NCBI GenBank assembly: GCA_942491805.1
Contig: CALOCG010000035.1
Location: 96,408-160,407, forward strand
DNA from: Nitrospinota bacterium
GTDB lineage: Bacteria > Nitrospinota_A > UBA7883 > JADGGD01
Length of the DNA: 64,000 nt
Direction: 5' to 3'
Of the stretch, positions 19,369 to 29,984 are shown in pieces; within the stretch, counting starts at the first letter, position 1, and every line of letters starts with the position of its first letter. The notes under the pieces were generated by a model. That model was not told where the DNA came from and did no database searches. It was given only the letters and a program-made list of their open reading frames with translations. Both the position numbers and the translations under genes were made by a program.

Positions 19369-19842
19369 ATGGCATCGACACCTAACGATCGGGAGTACAT
19401 CAAAGGGTTGATGTGCGAAGTGCCCCAGTTCGACCAACTGACCGCCGACGAACTCGACGCCCTCTCTAACATGGTCTTCTGCCAACGGATCCCCGCCGGG
19501 ACCGTGCTGACCAAAGAAGGAACCCGGGGCGACTCCCTCTTCTATATCGTCAACGGACGGATCGAGATCAAAAAAGAATCGGTCGACGGACGTCAAACGG
19601 TGTTGGCGCGGTTCAACAAAGGGGCTTCCGTCGGCGAGATGAGCCTGATAGAAGAATCCCCCCGCTCCGCCACCGCCGTGGCTTTGGACGACGTCGAGAT
19701 TCTTATTCTGACCCGGCAAAGTTTCGACACCCTCCTTGAGCGGAACCCGCAGGTCGGCATCAAGATTCTCAAGAACATCGCCAAATCGCTCTCGACCCGG
19801 TTGCGCTACACGTCGGGCCGGTTCGCCGATGTCTTTAGATAA
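19369..19842 (+). CDS. Stand-alone cyclic nucleotide-binding domain protein
   Basis: EGTRGDSLFYIVNGRIEI, VGEMSLIEESPRSATAVA; no HTH. Confidence 0.88.
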   Translation: MASTPNDREYIKGLMCEVPQFDQLTADELDALSNMVFCQRIPAGTVLTKEGTRGDSLFYIVNGRIEIKKESVDGRQTVLARFNKGASVGEMSLIEESPRSATAVALDDVEILILTRQSFDTLLERNPQVGIKILKNIAKSLSTRLRYTSGRFADVFR

Positions 19843-20540
19843 TGAAAGTCGCGATTCTCGTTTTCCCCGGCAGTAACTGCGACCACGACTGTTACCACGC
19901 CTATAAACATGTCATCGGGTGCGAGACCGCGTTCGTCTGGCATCAGGAGACCGACCTGAAAGGGTACGACCTCGTCGTCGTCCCCGGCGGTTTCTCCTAC
20001 GGCGACTACCTGCGCTCCGGCGCCATCGCCCGGTTCAGTCCGGTCATGAGCGGGGTCAAAACCCACGTCGACCGGGGGGGATACGTCCTCGGCGTCTGCA
20101 ACGGATTCCAGATACTGACCGAAGCCCATCTCCTCCCCGGCGCTCTGATGCGGAACGCTTCAATGAAGTTCATCTGCGACAACGTCCACCTGAAACCGGG
20201 AAGCGATGACACCTTCGTCACCAGCTCCACCGCCTCGCTTACCGCCCCCCTCTCGATCCCCATCGCCCATATGGACGGCGCCTACATGGCCGACGAAGCG
20301 ACCTTGGACCGGCTCGAAGGGGAAGGAAGGGTCGCCTATTACTATTGCGACCCCACGGGAAACGTCACCCCCGACGCCAACCCCAACGGCGCCATGCGGA
20401 ACATCGCCGGGATTCTGTCGGAGAATAAACGGGTCGCCGGGATGATGCCCCACCCGGAACGGGTCGCCGAAGGGATATTGGGGGGCGAAGACGGCCTCGC
20501 CATCCTGACCTCGATCTTCGAAGTCGCGGCGAAAGCGTGA
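19842..20540 (+). CDS. purQ: FGAM synthase glutaminase subunit PurQ
   Basis: FPGSNCD, PGGFSYGDYLR, GVCNGFQIL, MMPHPER. Confidence 0.97.
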   Translation: MKVAILVFPGSNCDHDCYHAYKHVIGCETAFVWHQETDLKGYDLVVVPGGFSYGDYLRSGAIARFSPVMSGVKTHVDRGGYVLGVCNGFQILTEAHLLPGALMRNASMKFICDNVHLKPGSDDTFVTSSTASLTAPLSIPIAHMDGAYMADEATLDRLEGEGRVAYYYCDPTGNVTPDANPNGAMRNIAGILSENKRVAGMMPHPERVAEGILGGEDGLAILTSIFEVAAKA

Positions 20541-20658
20541 GCCCCCTGCGCGGGGGGCGGAGGTGTTTGGTGAAGAGACTCTTGCCAGCCAAAATGCACT
20601 CATTTTAATGATTGGCTCGTTACTCTTGAAGAAAGAGCACGGCTCGCACCAAATTAGT

Positions 20659-21687
20659 CTAATGCACCGGCCCGTATGACGGCAGGTAGACGAAATCTCC
20701 CACGATATGGAGTTTCTTTTTCTTCATGTCGGCGGGGAACGGCTTAAACGGCCCTGCCACTTTGATCGCCATCAACGCTTCGTCGTCGAGCGGTTTATGT
20801 CCCGACGTTCCGAGAAGCCGGACGTCGAGGAGACGCCCTTGGCTGTCGAGGCTGAATCGAATCTTCGCCGTCCCCGACCAACCGCGCAAGACCCCCTCTT
20901 CCGGGTAGACCCAGACCAGCTCCACCGCTTTTTTGATGCCGGTGAAATAATCGACGTAGGCGAAATGGGTCGTGTTGAGCGAGACCACCGCCTCGTCCCC
21001 CATATCGATGACCCCGTCGTCGGTTTTCGACAACGGCATCGGGTCGAGTTCGCTCCCTTCGGCTTCGACACCGGTCACCGGTTCGGCCCGGTTGCTTTTC
21101 GGATCGCTCCGGTCGGTGATCGTCACCGAAGGGGCGGTGGTCTTGCGGGGGTTCTTCCGCCCCTTCTCGGCCCGGTTTACCTTCTCGGTCGATAACGCCT
21201 GCTCCAACGCTTCTTTCGAAAAGAGGTCGAGTTTCTCGGCGCTGTTTTTCCGGGTCATATCGAGTTCCGGCTTATTGAGCGAGGCCACCTTCGACGCTAC
21301 CGGCGTCGGGGCGGTCCGCTCCTTCGGCTGGGGGGTTTTCTCCAAAGCCGGCGCCGCCGGGTCGAGCCGTTTTCGCGGGATGGCGGTCTTCGACGCCTGA
21401 TAGGTGTCTCCCTTCATCGGGCTATGAGCCACACTGTCGCCACGGCTCAAGATGTCGGCCTGTTCCGGTATCTGTTCCTCCACCGGCGCCGGGAGGTCTT
21501 CGATGCGCCCTTTCAACGGATCGTTGTCGGGAGGCGTCGGGGTCGGCGGAACGATCCGTATCTTCACCGGCGGCGGGGGGGCTGCCCGGTCGGCCACCGG
21601 CGTAAATATCCCGGTCAGCGTCATGAACATCAGATGAAGCAACGCCGAGAGGAGGATAAAGCGGGTCAGCGACCGGTTTTGGTACAT
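20659..21687 (-). CDS. Energy transducer TonB family protein
   Basis: N-terminal TM helix, Pro-rich linker, C-terminal VWVYPEEG...GTAKIRFSLD...SGHKPLDDEAL; start at ATG 21687. Confidence 0.85.
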   Translation of the reverse strand: MYQNRSLTRFILLSALLHLMFMTLTGIFTPVADRAAPPPPVKIRIVPPTPTPPDNDPLKGRIEDLPAPVEEQIPEQADILSRGDSVAHSPMKGDTYQASKTAIPRKRLDPAAPALEKTPQPKERTAPTPVASKVASLNKPELDMTRKNSAEKLDLFSKEALEQALSTEKVNRAEKGRKNPRKTTAPSVTITDRSDPKSNRAEPVTGVEAEGSELDPMPLSKTDDGVIDMGDEAVVSLNTTHFAYVDYFTGIKKAVELVWVYPEEGVLRGWSGTAKIRFSLDSQGRLLDVRLLGTSGHKPLDDEALMAIKVAGPFKPFPADMKKKKLHIVGDFVYLPSYGPVH

Positions 21688-21808
21688 CGGGGCATTATAC
21701 CAGCCTCCCCGAAGACGACGCAGGGGGGGCTTGCGCCGACGGCAGGATTGTGAGGGGAGAGAAGAAGCGCCCGGGCGCCGCGCCACCGTCGAAGCGGGTG
21801 GTCGGGCG

Positions 21809-23170
21809 TCACCCCCCCAGTCGGTCGAGCTTCTCGGTCAGCGCGTGGCGCAACGGCGCCGTGCGGGGTTCGGTCGATATACCGGCGGTTTGGGCGTCGG
21901 CGGCGGCCCGAACAAGATCGGCCAACGCCTGCCGCACCACGGCGACCGCTTCCGGTTCGTCGGCGGGCCAGGCGATCACCGCCATCGCTTGGTTGACCGC
22001 CGAGCGATAGAGGGTTTCCACCCCTTCGGCGGCGGCGAGGGCCGCCTGATAGGCTCCCACCGACGAGCGTAGCGCCTCGCGCCGTTCTTCTCCCGGCGGC
22101 AACGAGGTGGCCATATCGGAGAGGGCGTTGCCGAGGTTGTTCTGGGCGGCGGCCACCTCTTCGGGGCGGATGCGGGTCATCACCGACAACGCCTCCCGAT
22201 AGGCGTCGACCGCCTCTTTGAGTATCGCCAGTCGGTGTTCGGGGTCGGCCAGTTGCGCCAGTTCCGACAACGCCGCGCCAAGGTTACTCTCGCTCATGGC
22301 GAAATCGTCGGGAGCTTCGTCGACCGGGCGGAGGGTCAACGCCTCCCGGTAGCTTTCGATCGCCTCTTCCAGACGAATGCGTCGTTCTCCCCCTTCGAAA
22401 AAGAGAGCGAGGTCGGAGAGGGCGTTGCCGAGATTATTTCGCACCAGCGCGTACAAGGCCCGTTCGTTCTCGGCGGTGTAGACCTTGAAGCAGCGGCGAT
22501 AGGCGGTGACCGCCTCTTCGAGTCGTCCGAACCGCTCCTGCTCGTCGACCGAGAGGGTCGAAAGGGTCCAGAGAGCGTTGCCGAGATGATGATAGGTGGC
22601 GGCGTACTCGGCGCCTTCCCATTCCCGCTCGGTGGCCAAGGCCGACCGGTGGGCCGCCACCGCCTGCTCCAACAGGTCGATCCGCTCCTGCCCGACGGCG
22701 GAGCGGGCCGCTTCGGCGAGGCAGAGGCCGAGGTTGTTCTCGGTCTCGACGAAGCGAGCCGGGTCGAGCCCGTCGCTCCAGAGCAACACCGCCGACTGAT
22801 ACGCCTCCACCGCGCGGCGGCGCAGCTCGGCTCCGGCGCCCCGTTCCACCAACCGGGCCAGCCCGGCGAAGACCCGCCCCAAACTGTCGAGGGTCCGGGG
22901 GAGGAGGTCGCTTTCCTTATGGGGGGCGATGAGGGGGGCGGCTTCGGTATAGGCTTCGATGGCTTGCGAGAGGAGTTCCCGTTTCTCTTCGAGTTTCCGA
23001 TCCCACGGGGTTCGCCGCGCCAGTTCGGTGAGGGCGTCGCCGTAGGCGGCCAAGAACTCCCCGCGGCGAGGGGCGGGAGTGTCGTCGGGAAGGGCGCCAA
23101 GAGCCGCACGGCGAAGCGAGACGGTCCGCTCCCAGTCGAGCCTCTCCTCTTCGCTGTAAGGGGACATCAT
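21809..23170 (-). CDS. Tetratricopeptide-like repeat protein
   Basis: Repeating units of about 45 aa such as EEAIESYREAL...SESNLGAALSELA and KEAVDAYREAL...AQNNLGNALSDMA; ATGA overlap with trpF stop. Confidence 0.85.
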   Translation of the reverse strand: MMSPYSEEERLDWERTVSLRRAALGALPDDTPAPRRGEFLAAYGDALTELARRTPWDRKLEEKRELLSQAIEAYTEAAPLIAPHKESDLLPRTLDSLGRVFAGLARLVERGAGAELRRRAVEAYQSAVLLWSDGLDPARFVETENNLGLCLAEAARSAVGQERIDLLEQAVAAHRSALATEREWEGAEYAATYHHLGNALWTLSTLSVDEQERFGRLEEAVTAYRRCFKVYTAENERALYALVRNNLGNALSDLALFFEGGERRIRLEEAIESYREALTLRPVDEAPDDFAMSESNLGAALSELAQLADPEHRLAILKEAVDAYREALSVMTRIRPEEVAAAQNNLGNALSDMATSLPPGEERREALRSSVGAYQAALAAAEGVETLYRSAVNQAMAVIAWPADEPEAVAVVRQALADLVRAAADAQTAGISTEPRTAPLRHALTEKLDRLGG

Positions 23171-23850
23171 CCCCCCCTGCCAAGCCGGACAAAAAGCCGG
23201 GCCAGCTTCTCGGCCGATTTTTTCCCTTTGCTCACTTCGACACCGGAAGCCATGTCGACCCCGAAGACCCCCGGAATGGAGGCGGCGTCGGCCACGTTGT
23301 CGGGGTTGATTCCCCCGGCGATGAAGACCGGCGCCGGGGCGCGGGCGACCAGGATCGTGGCGACGCTCCAATCGCTCCGAACGCCGGTGCCGCCGAAGAG
23401 CCCTTTGGCGGCGGTGTCGAGGACAAACCCGTCGACCCCGGCGTCGCCGTAGCGTTTCAGCATGGCGCTCATGGCGTCGAGGTCGGGTTCCTCCCCTTCG
23501 CCCGCCGGAGGGAGGTGGATCGATTTATAGACCGGCGCTTTCGTGCGGGCTTTCATCTGGGCCACCGTTTCGGGAGGTTCCAGCCCGGTGAGTTGAAGCG
23601 CCAACGGGTTCAACCGGGCGATGGTCTCGACGAGGGTATCGTCGGCGGTTCGGTTGAGGGTAAGCAGAAAGGTCCGGGCGCGGAACGCATCAAAAATCGG
23701 GGCGGCTCTCTCGAAATCGAGCGATCGGGGGGAAGAGACGACTTCGAAGACGACCCCCAGATAATCGGCTCCGGCGGCAAGGGACATCCGGCAGTCGTCG
23801 ACGGAGGTCTGTCCGCAGATCTTAACCTTTACTTCCGGCGGGGGGGCCAT
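23167..23850 (-). CDS. trpF: Phosphoribosylanthranilate isomerase
   Basis: VKICGQT, LQLTG, FVLDT, FGGTG, IAGGINPDNV, GVDMASGVE. Confidence 0.88.
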   Translation of the reverse strand: MAPPPEVKVKICGQTSVDDCRMSLAAGADYLGVVFEVVSSPRSLDFERAAPIFDAFRARTFLLTLNRTADDTLVETIARLNPLALQLTGLEPPETVAQMKARTKAPVYKSIHLPPAGEGEEPDLDAMSAMLKRYGDAGVDGFVLDTAAKGLFGGTGVRSDWSVATILVARAPAPVFIAGGINPDNVADAASIPGVFGVDMASGVEVSKGKKSAEKLARLFVRLGRGG

Positions 23851-23853
23851 CCC

Positions 23854-24426
23854 CTATTTCGCCGTGATGAACGTCTGGACCAGGTTTTGCACCTGCTTGG
23901 AGCGGTAGATCGAAACCGGCGTCGAGACCAGATCGCCGCCGATGGAAGAGACCGCTTTGACGGTCAGATCGACGTCGGCGCCTTTTTGCAGGTCGGAGAC
24001 GGTACCGGTGATGAGGGTGTCGACGCCGAGGTCGATGCCGAGGGTCTGGGTCTGTTCGCGGGTGAGTGGTTGGCCGACCGGAATGGCGAGCCGGGTGAGG
24101 GCTTCTCGCACCTGTCCGTCGGGGACCACTTTGAACCGCTTGTCGGCTAACGCCTGCTCCTGGAACTTGAGGGTGAGAAACCGTCCCAGCTCGGAGATCC
24201 GCCCGTCGGGATTGGCGAAGTCAAGGACCGCCGCTTTCCGTATCGACTTGCTCTGGTTCTCCCGCAACTGCTCGTAGACGTAGCGGGTCCGCAACGAGAA
24301 ATAGTCGGCGTTGGTGACGGGAGGGGGCTCCTCTTGCAGACCGAGGGAGATCATCATGTTCTGGCATCCGCCGACGGCGACGAGCGACGCGGCGAGCATG
24401 AGAAAGAGTGAGCGTCGAAAAGGCAT
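23854..24426 (-). CDS. Lipoprotein, FlgO/CsgG-like domain
   Basis: LAASLVAVGGC lipobox; AVLDFANPDGRISELGRFL and LITGTV pattern. Confidence 0.65.
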   Translation of the reverse strand: MPFRRSLFLMLAASLVAVGGCQNMMISLGLQEEPPPVTNADYFSLRTRYVYEQLRENQSKSIRKAAVLDFANPDGRISELGRFLTLKFQEQALADKRFKVVPDGQVREALTRLAIPVGQPLTREQTQTLGIDLGVDTLITGTVSDLQKGADVDLTVKAVSSIGGDLVSTPVSIYRSKQVQNLVQTFITAK

Positions 24427-24501
24427 CTGCCGGGTCTCCCGCGAGGTGGTGGAAGTGATCCCTGCCATTGTAGCCGACCCCTTGAGCCACAACAACCGGC
24501 G

Positions 24502-25284
24502 TCAGTTCTTCAAGTAGATCTCCCGGACTCCTTCCAGAGTCAAGGTTTCTTCCACATGGTCGATGAGACGGGTGGCCTCGGCCACCGCGCTCGCCTCTCC
24601 GCCGGTGGCGATGACAGCGACCTTCGGCCCCAGCTCTTCTTTCATCCGGGCGACGATCCCGTCGACGAGGGCGGCGTAACCGAAATAGGCGCCCGATTGC
24701 ATGGCGTGAACGGTGTTCTTCCCCACCACCGACGGGGGAGGTTCTAAGGCAACTTCGGGGAGTTTTGCGGCGTGATGATACAGGGCGTTGAGCGACAAAC
24801 GGACGCCGGGGACAATGGCGCCCCCCACATATTCGGCCCGGTGGTTGACGGCGTCGAAGGTGATGGCGGTACCGAAATCGACGACGATCAACGGCGGATC
24901 GAAGCGACGCAGAGCGCCGGCGGTGTTGGCGATTCTATCGGCGCCGACTTCGCGGGGGTTGTCGGAGGCGATGACGACGCCGGTTTTGACGCCGGGGCCG
25001 ATGACCAACGGTTCGACCCGAAAGGCTCGTTTGAGAAAGCGCAACATCGGCGGCAAGACCGGCGGAGCGACGCAGGCGACGGCCACCCCTTCCACCGACG
25101 ACGGGTCGATCCCTTTGAGGGTGAAGAGCTGACGGACGAAGACCTCCATCTCGTCTTCGGTTCGTCGTTGGCGGGTGTCGAGCCGCCACTGGGCGACCAA
25201 GGTCTCCTCTTCCCATACCCCCATGACGATGTTGGTGTTGCCGATGTCGACCACCAGCAGGGTCGGCCTTCCCATTCCGCTCAT
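24502..25284 (-). CDS. coaX: Type III pantothenate kinase
   Basis: LVVDIGNTNIVMG, EVGADR, VDFGTAITFD, GGAIVPG. Confidence 0.95.
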   Translation of the reverse strand: MSGMGRPTLLVVDIGNTNIVMGVWEEETLVAQWRLDTRQRRTEDEMEVFVRQLFTLKGIDPSSVEGVAVACVAPPVLPPMLRFLKRAFRVEPLVIGPGVKTGVVIASDNPREVGADRIANTAGALRRFDPPLIVVDFGTAITFDAVNHRAEYVGGAIVPGVRLSLNALYHHAAKLPEVALEPPPSVVGKNTVHAMQSGAYFGYAALVDGIVARMKEELGPKVAVIATGGEASAVAEATRLIDHVEETLTLEGVREIYLKN

Positions 25285-26111
25285 CGGGGCGCCTCGCCGC
25301 TCGACAACCCGTCGAAGCGGACTTCGCCGGAGAGGACGGTTTTCACCTCGTCATCGGTTCGCACCAACAGGGCGCCGGCGTCATCGACCCCGTCGGCGAC
25401 GCCGGTGAAGGGATCACCCATGCCGGTGACGGTGACCCGTTTTCCTTTGGTGATGTCGTAGCGTCGGAAATGATCAAGCGCCGGGGTCAGATCCCCTTTG
25501 GCGAGCCGTCCGTAGAGATAGTCGGCGGCGTTAAAAAAGGCGGCCAGATACTGTTCGCGCGATATTTCGACCGGCTCCTCGGCCAACGAGACGACCGACG
25601 CCGCGCCAAGGGGACACTCTTCGTCGAAGTTTTCTTCGTCGGGAACGCCGCTCAAATTGACGCCGATCCCGACCACCGCCCACGGACGCCCGTCGGCGCC
25701 GTTGGCCCGTTCGGCGAGAACGCCCCCCGCTTTCTTCCCGTTGACCAACAGATCGTTGGGATACTTCAAACCGGGAGGGGCGCCGGTGAGGGCGTGGGAG
25801 GCGGCGGCCAAAGCGGCGCCGGCGACGAGGGTGGCGGGGCCGGGGGCGTTGATCATCGCTTCGGGAAGAGGCCAGCCGAACGAAAAGGCAAGCCCCCCCT
25901 CTTCGGGGAGGAACCATCGCCGTCCCCGTCGTCCCCGTCCTTCGGTCTGTTTGATGGCCAGAACGGAAGGGGGTCGGTCGGCGACGGTCAGCCTGCCCAC
26001 CGCTTCTTTTATCCAGTCGTTGGTGGAGCCGACCTCTTCTACCACCGTCAACCCGATACCGAGTTGGCCGGGTCGGCGGAGCAGTTCCTGATAGGCGTGT
26101 GTCGCAAACAT
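25281..26111 (-). CDS. birA: Biotin-[ACC] ligase (no N-terminal HTH)
   Basis: STNDW, QTEGRGRRGRRW, LKYPNDLLVNGKKAGGVL, VVGIGVN. Confidence 0.93.
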   Translation of the reverse strand: MFATHAYQELLRRPGQLGIGLTVVEEVGSTNDWIKEAVGRLTVADRPPSVLAIKQTEGRGRRGRRWFLPEEGGLAFSFGWPLPEAMINAPGPATLVAGAALAAASHALTGAPPGLKYPNDLLVNGKKAGGVLAERANGADGRPWAVVGIGVNLSGVPDEENFDEECPLGAASVVSLAEEPVEISREQYLAAFFNAADYLYGRLAKGDLTPALDHFRRYDITKGKRVTVTGMGDPFTGVADGVDDAGALLVRTDDEVKTVLSGEVRFDGLSSGEAPR

Positions 26112-26121
26112 CGTCGGGCTA

Positions 26122-26705
26122 TCACTTCTTCGGTTCGGGCAAGACGTGGAAGGTCTCAGCCCATTTTTTGTCTTTCCAATTCCGTCCGGCGTGAACGCCT
26201 TCGGAACGGAAGCGGTAGGGGCTGTTGCGATGTCCGTGGCAACGGAGGCAGACGGTCTTGCCGTCGTACGGAACCACGTGCCCGGCCTGTTTTAATTTCC
26301 GGTCGAGATTGGCGAACCCGACTTTGTCGTGAATGAGAATCCACTTCTCCGCCGGACCGTGACACTCTTCGCACCCGATCCCCTCCCATTCGGCTTTGGG
26401 GGTGTCGAACCGATAGCCCCCTTGGTCGTAACCGGTGACGTGACACTCCATGCACGATTTGTCTTTGGTGTAGTCGATGGGGGTTTTAACCCAGCCTCTT
26501 TTTTCTCTTTGGGGCGGACCTCCGGCTTCAGCAGCTCGAAGACCTTCGCGTGCTTGCTCTTCTCCCACGAGGCGTATATCTCTTGGTGGCACTCTTGGCA
26601 GGTTCCGTTGCCGATAAACTTTCCTTTGGCGGCGACCGCTTCTGTCGGGACGAATATGAGGGGGACGAGAAGAACGAACCAGAGGAACCGGGCAAGAGGA
26701 GGCAT
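26122..26705 (-). CDS. Tetraheme cytochrome c554-family protein; 1-base deletion near 26479-26487
   Basis: Signal peptide, then CQECH in ORF 26292-26705, and CMECH, CEECH, CLRCH in the frame of ORF 26122-26592; HAKVFELLKP...IDYTKDKSC parallels the c554 HAKAMESLKP...KDYTQDKDC segment. Confidence 0.85.
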
Positions 26706-26989
26706 CGATGAATCTCCCTATCAGAGGATCTTTGCGCGAAGGACCGTCCGCGCGTCGGGAACCGGGATTATTCTACACTACCTAGCGTAGGGGGCTACCG
26801 TTTGGCGAACATCCGCTCTATGGAACTCGTCCCCCGCATGGGAGGTGGCCGTTACCGTCGGCGCCCGCAACCCGGCGCCGTCGAGAAACGATACGCTCCC
26901 GCAATCGTTCGGCGAAGATGGTTTTTCAACACCCTGTTCGCGTAATCAGACCGTTTCTTTTTTTTTTCATCTCCTTGCGAGGTAGCCCC

Positions 26990-27017
26990 TTGCCAAGGGG
27001 AATCAAGAGCGTATAAT
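26990..27017 (+). promoter_or_regulatory. Sigma70 promoter of tRNA-Glu
   Basis: TTGCCA-N16-TATAAT, 31 nt before the tRNA. Confidence 0.75.
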
Positions 27018-27048
27018 GCTGGTTCCGTGCGGCTCCCGCACGGCCCGT

Positions 27049-27123
27049 GGCCTCATCGTCTAGCGGTTAGGACGCTGCCCTCTCACGGCGGAAACAGGGG
27101 TTCGATTCCCCTTGAGGCTACCA
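27049..27123 (+). tRNA. tRNA-Glu (anticodon CTC)
   Basis: GGCCTCA/TGAGGCT acceptor stem, D-loop TAGCGGTTAGG, anticodon loop CT-CTC-AC, GTTCGATTC T-loop, encoded CCA. Confidence 0.97.
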
Positions 27124-27365
27124 CACCCTTCCGGGCGCCTTCTCCACCTCGGTTACTCGCAAAGAGCCGACGTCCTCGCACCCCCGGTCATTTGATTCGG
27201 CCTCCGCTCCGAGGGTACTGCGTCGCCCCGCTCTCGGCATGCCGAGCTCCGATTATCCGATCGAACCGGGCTCTCCCTTGCGCCCCCCTCCATTATGGGG
27301 AAATATGTCGGCGGAGACCCCCATAGCACAAAAGATAGTTTGCCTGTAGGGGGGGGAGGGGGTAA

Positions 27366-28472
<1,107 letters not shown>

Positions 28473-28497
28473 CCGGTGTTGATACGCGCCTGACACT

Positions 28498-29370
28498 ATG
28501 TACGAACCCTCTCCCCGAAGACGCGGCTTAGTCATCTTCGGGGGGGTCGCGGCGCTCAGCCTCCTCCTGACCTTCACCAACCTGCAAGGGGGAGGGGGGC
28601 TCCCCTTCGGCGAACGGCTTTCCATGACGCTACTCGCCCCTTTCCAACGGGCCATCGCATGGGTCGTCGACGGCGGCGGCGCGGTCTGGAGCGACTACGT
28701 CGCGTTGGTCGAACTCAAACAAGACAACGACCGGCTCCAAGAGACGGTGGATCGACTTTTCTTCGAAAACAACGCGCTGGTGGAGCGACTCAAACAGGTC
28801 AAACGGGTGGAGGAGCTTCTCGCCTCCCCCGTGGGGAAAGAGTTCGCGTCGGTGGTGACGAGGGTCATCGGCCGCGACACCAGCAACCGGGTGCAGATCG
28901 TCATCCTCGACCGGGGAAGCGCCGACGGGGTCGCCGAAGGGATGCCGGTGATCACCCACCGGGGGTTGGTTGGCAGAATCGTGAGGGCTTCTTCGTCGGT
29001 CAGCAAATGTCTCCTCATCACCGACGTCCGGTCGGCGGTCGACGGGGTCACTCAGGAATCGCGCGACCGGCTCACCGCCGTCGGCGCCAATGTCGGCACG
29101 CTCGACGTCCGCTATCTGTCGGTTGACGCCGACGTCCACGAAGGGGACCGCGTGGTCTCGTCGGGGATGGGGGGGATATTCCCGGAGGGACTCCACATTG
29201 GAACCTTGGAAGCTCTCCACGACCGTCCCGATTCGCTCTTCAAAAAAGCCCGCGTCGTTCCGGCGGTCGATTTCGATCGGCTGGAAGAGGCGCTGGTCTT
29301 GAAAGTGGCGCTGACCCCGACGCCGACGTTACAAGAAACCTTGGCCGAGCCGGAGCGACGACGCGAATGA
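28498..29370 (+). CDS. mreC: Rod shape-determining protein MreC
   Basis: TM helix, coiled coil, RVIGRD, GLVGRI, GGIFPEGLHIG; position after mreB. Confidence 0.93.
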   Translation: MYEPSPRRRGLVIFGGVAALSLLLTFTNLQGGGGLPFGERLSMTLLAPFQRAIAWVVDGGGAVWSDYVALVELKQDNDRLQETVDRLFFENNALVERLKQVKRVEELLASPVGKEFASVVTRVIGRDTSNRVQIVILDRGSADGVAEGMPVITHRGLVGRIVRASSSVSKCLLITDVRSAVDGVTQESRDRLTAVGANVGTLDVRYLSVDADVHEGDRVVSSGMGGIFPEGLHIGTLEALHDRPDSLFKKARVVPAVDFDRLEEALVLKVALTPTPTLQETLAEPERRRE

Positions 29371-29891
29371 AAGGGCTCCTCTACGCCATCGCCATCCTGA
29401 TCGGCTTCACCCTCCAGACCACCGCTTACCACTTCTTCGCACCGTTGGGGGTCTGGCCCGATTTCGCACTCATCCTCGCCCTCTACGGCGGGTTCCACTG
29501 GGGGAAAGAGCGGGGCGCCGCTTTCGGCGGCTTACTCGGTTTTCTCCAAGACCTTTTGTCGTGGCACGCCTTCGGTTTTTTCACCTTCTCCAAAGGGATC
29601 ATCGGCTGGCAGGTCGGGATGTTAAAGGCCCAGTTCCTGAACGACACCCTTCTGACCTATCTGACGCTGGTGGTCGGAGCGACGATTTTCGATACGGCCG
29701 TCTATGCGGTTTTCACCTCGGTCTTCCTCGACATCGACATCGTCACCCCCCTCCTGACGGCGTTGGCGCCGCAGATCCTGCTGAACGTCGGTTTCTCCTT
29801 CGCCTTCACTTGGACGCTGGAACGTATCCGTCCCATGCTCGACAAGATCGCCTCACCCGATAAGTACCGTTTCGACGACGTCTTGAGATGA
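29367..29891 (+). CDS. mreD: Rod shape-determining protein MreD
   Basis: Hydrophobic, PDFALIL, GFLQDLL; ATGA overlap with mreC. Confidence 0.9.
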   Translation: MKGLLYAIAILIGFTLQTTAYHFFAPLGVWPDFALILALYGGFHWGKERGAAFGGLLGFLQDLLSWHAFGFFTFSKGIIGWQVGMLKAQFLNDTLLTYLTLVVGATIFDTAVYAVFTSVFLDIDIVTPLLTALAPQILLNVGFSFAFTWTLERIRPMLDKIASPDKYRFDDVLR

Positions 29892-29984
29892 TCCCCCCTC
29901 GGGGGGGAGTTCCCTTTCGTTACCCAAGAAGAATCGGCATCTACGGGCCCATAGATCGACTACGGAATAACGAACAAAGAGGGT

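Noticed and set aside
26479-26510. Programmed -1 frameshift in the c554 gene at the A-rich tract
   Set aside because: No in-frame X_XXY_YYZ heptamer, and homology continues in frame 0 past the A6 run.
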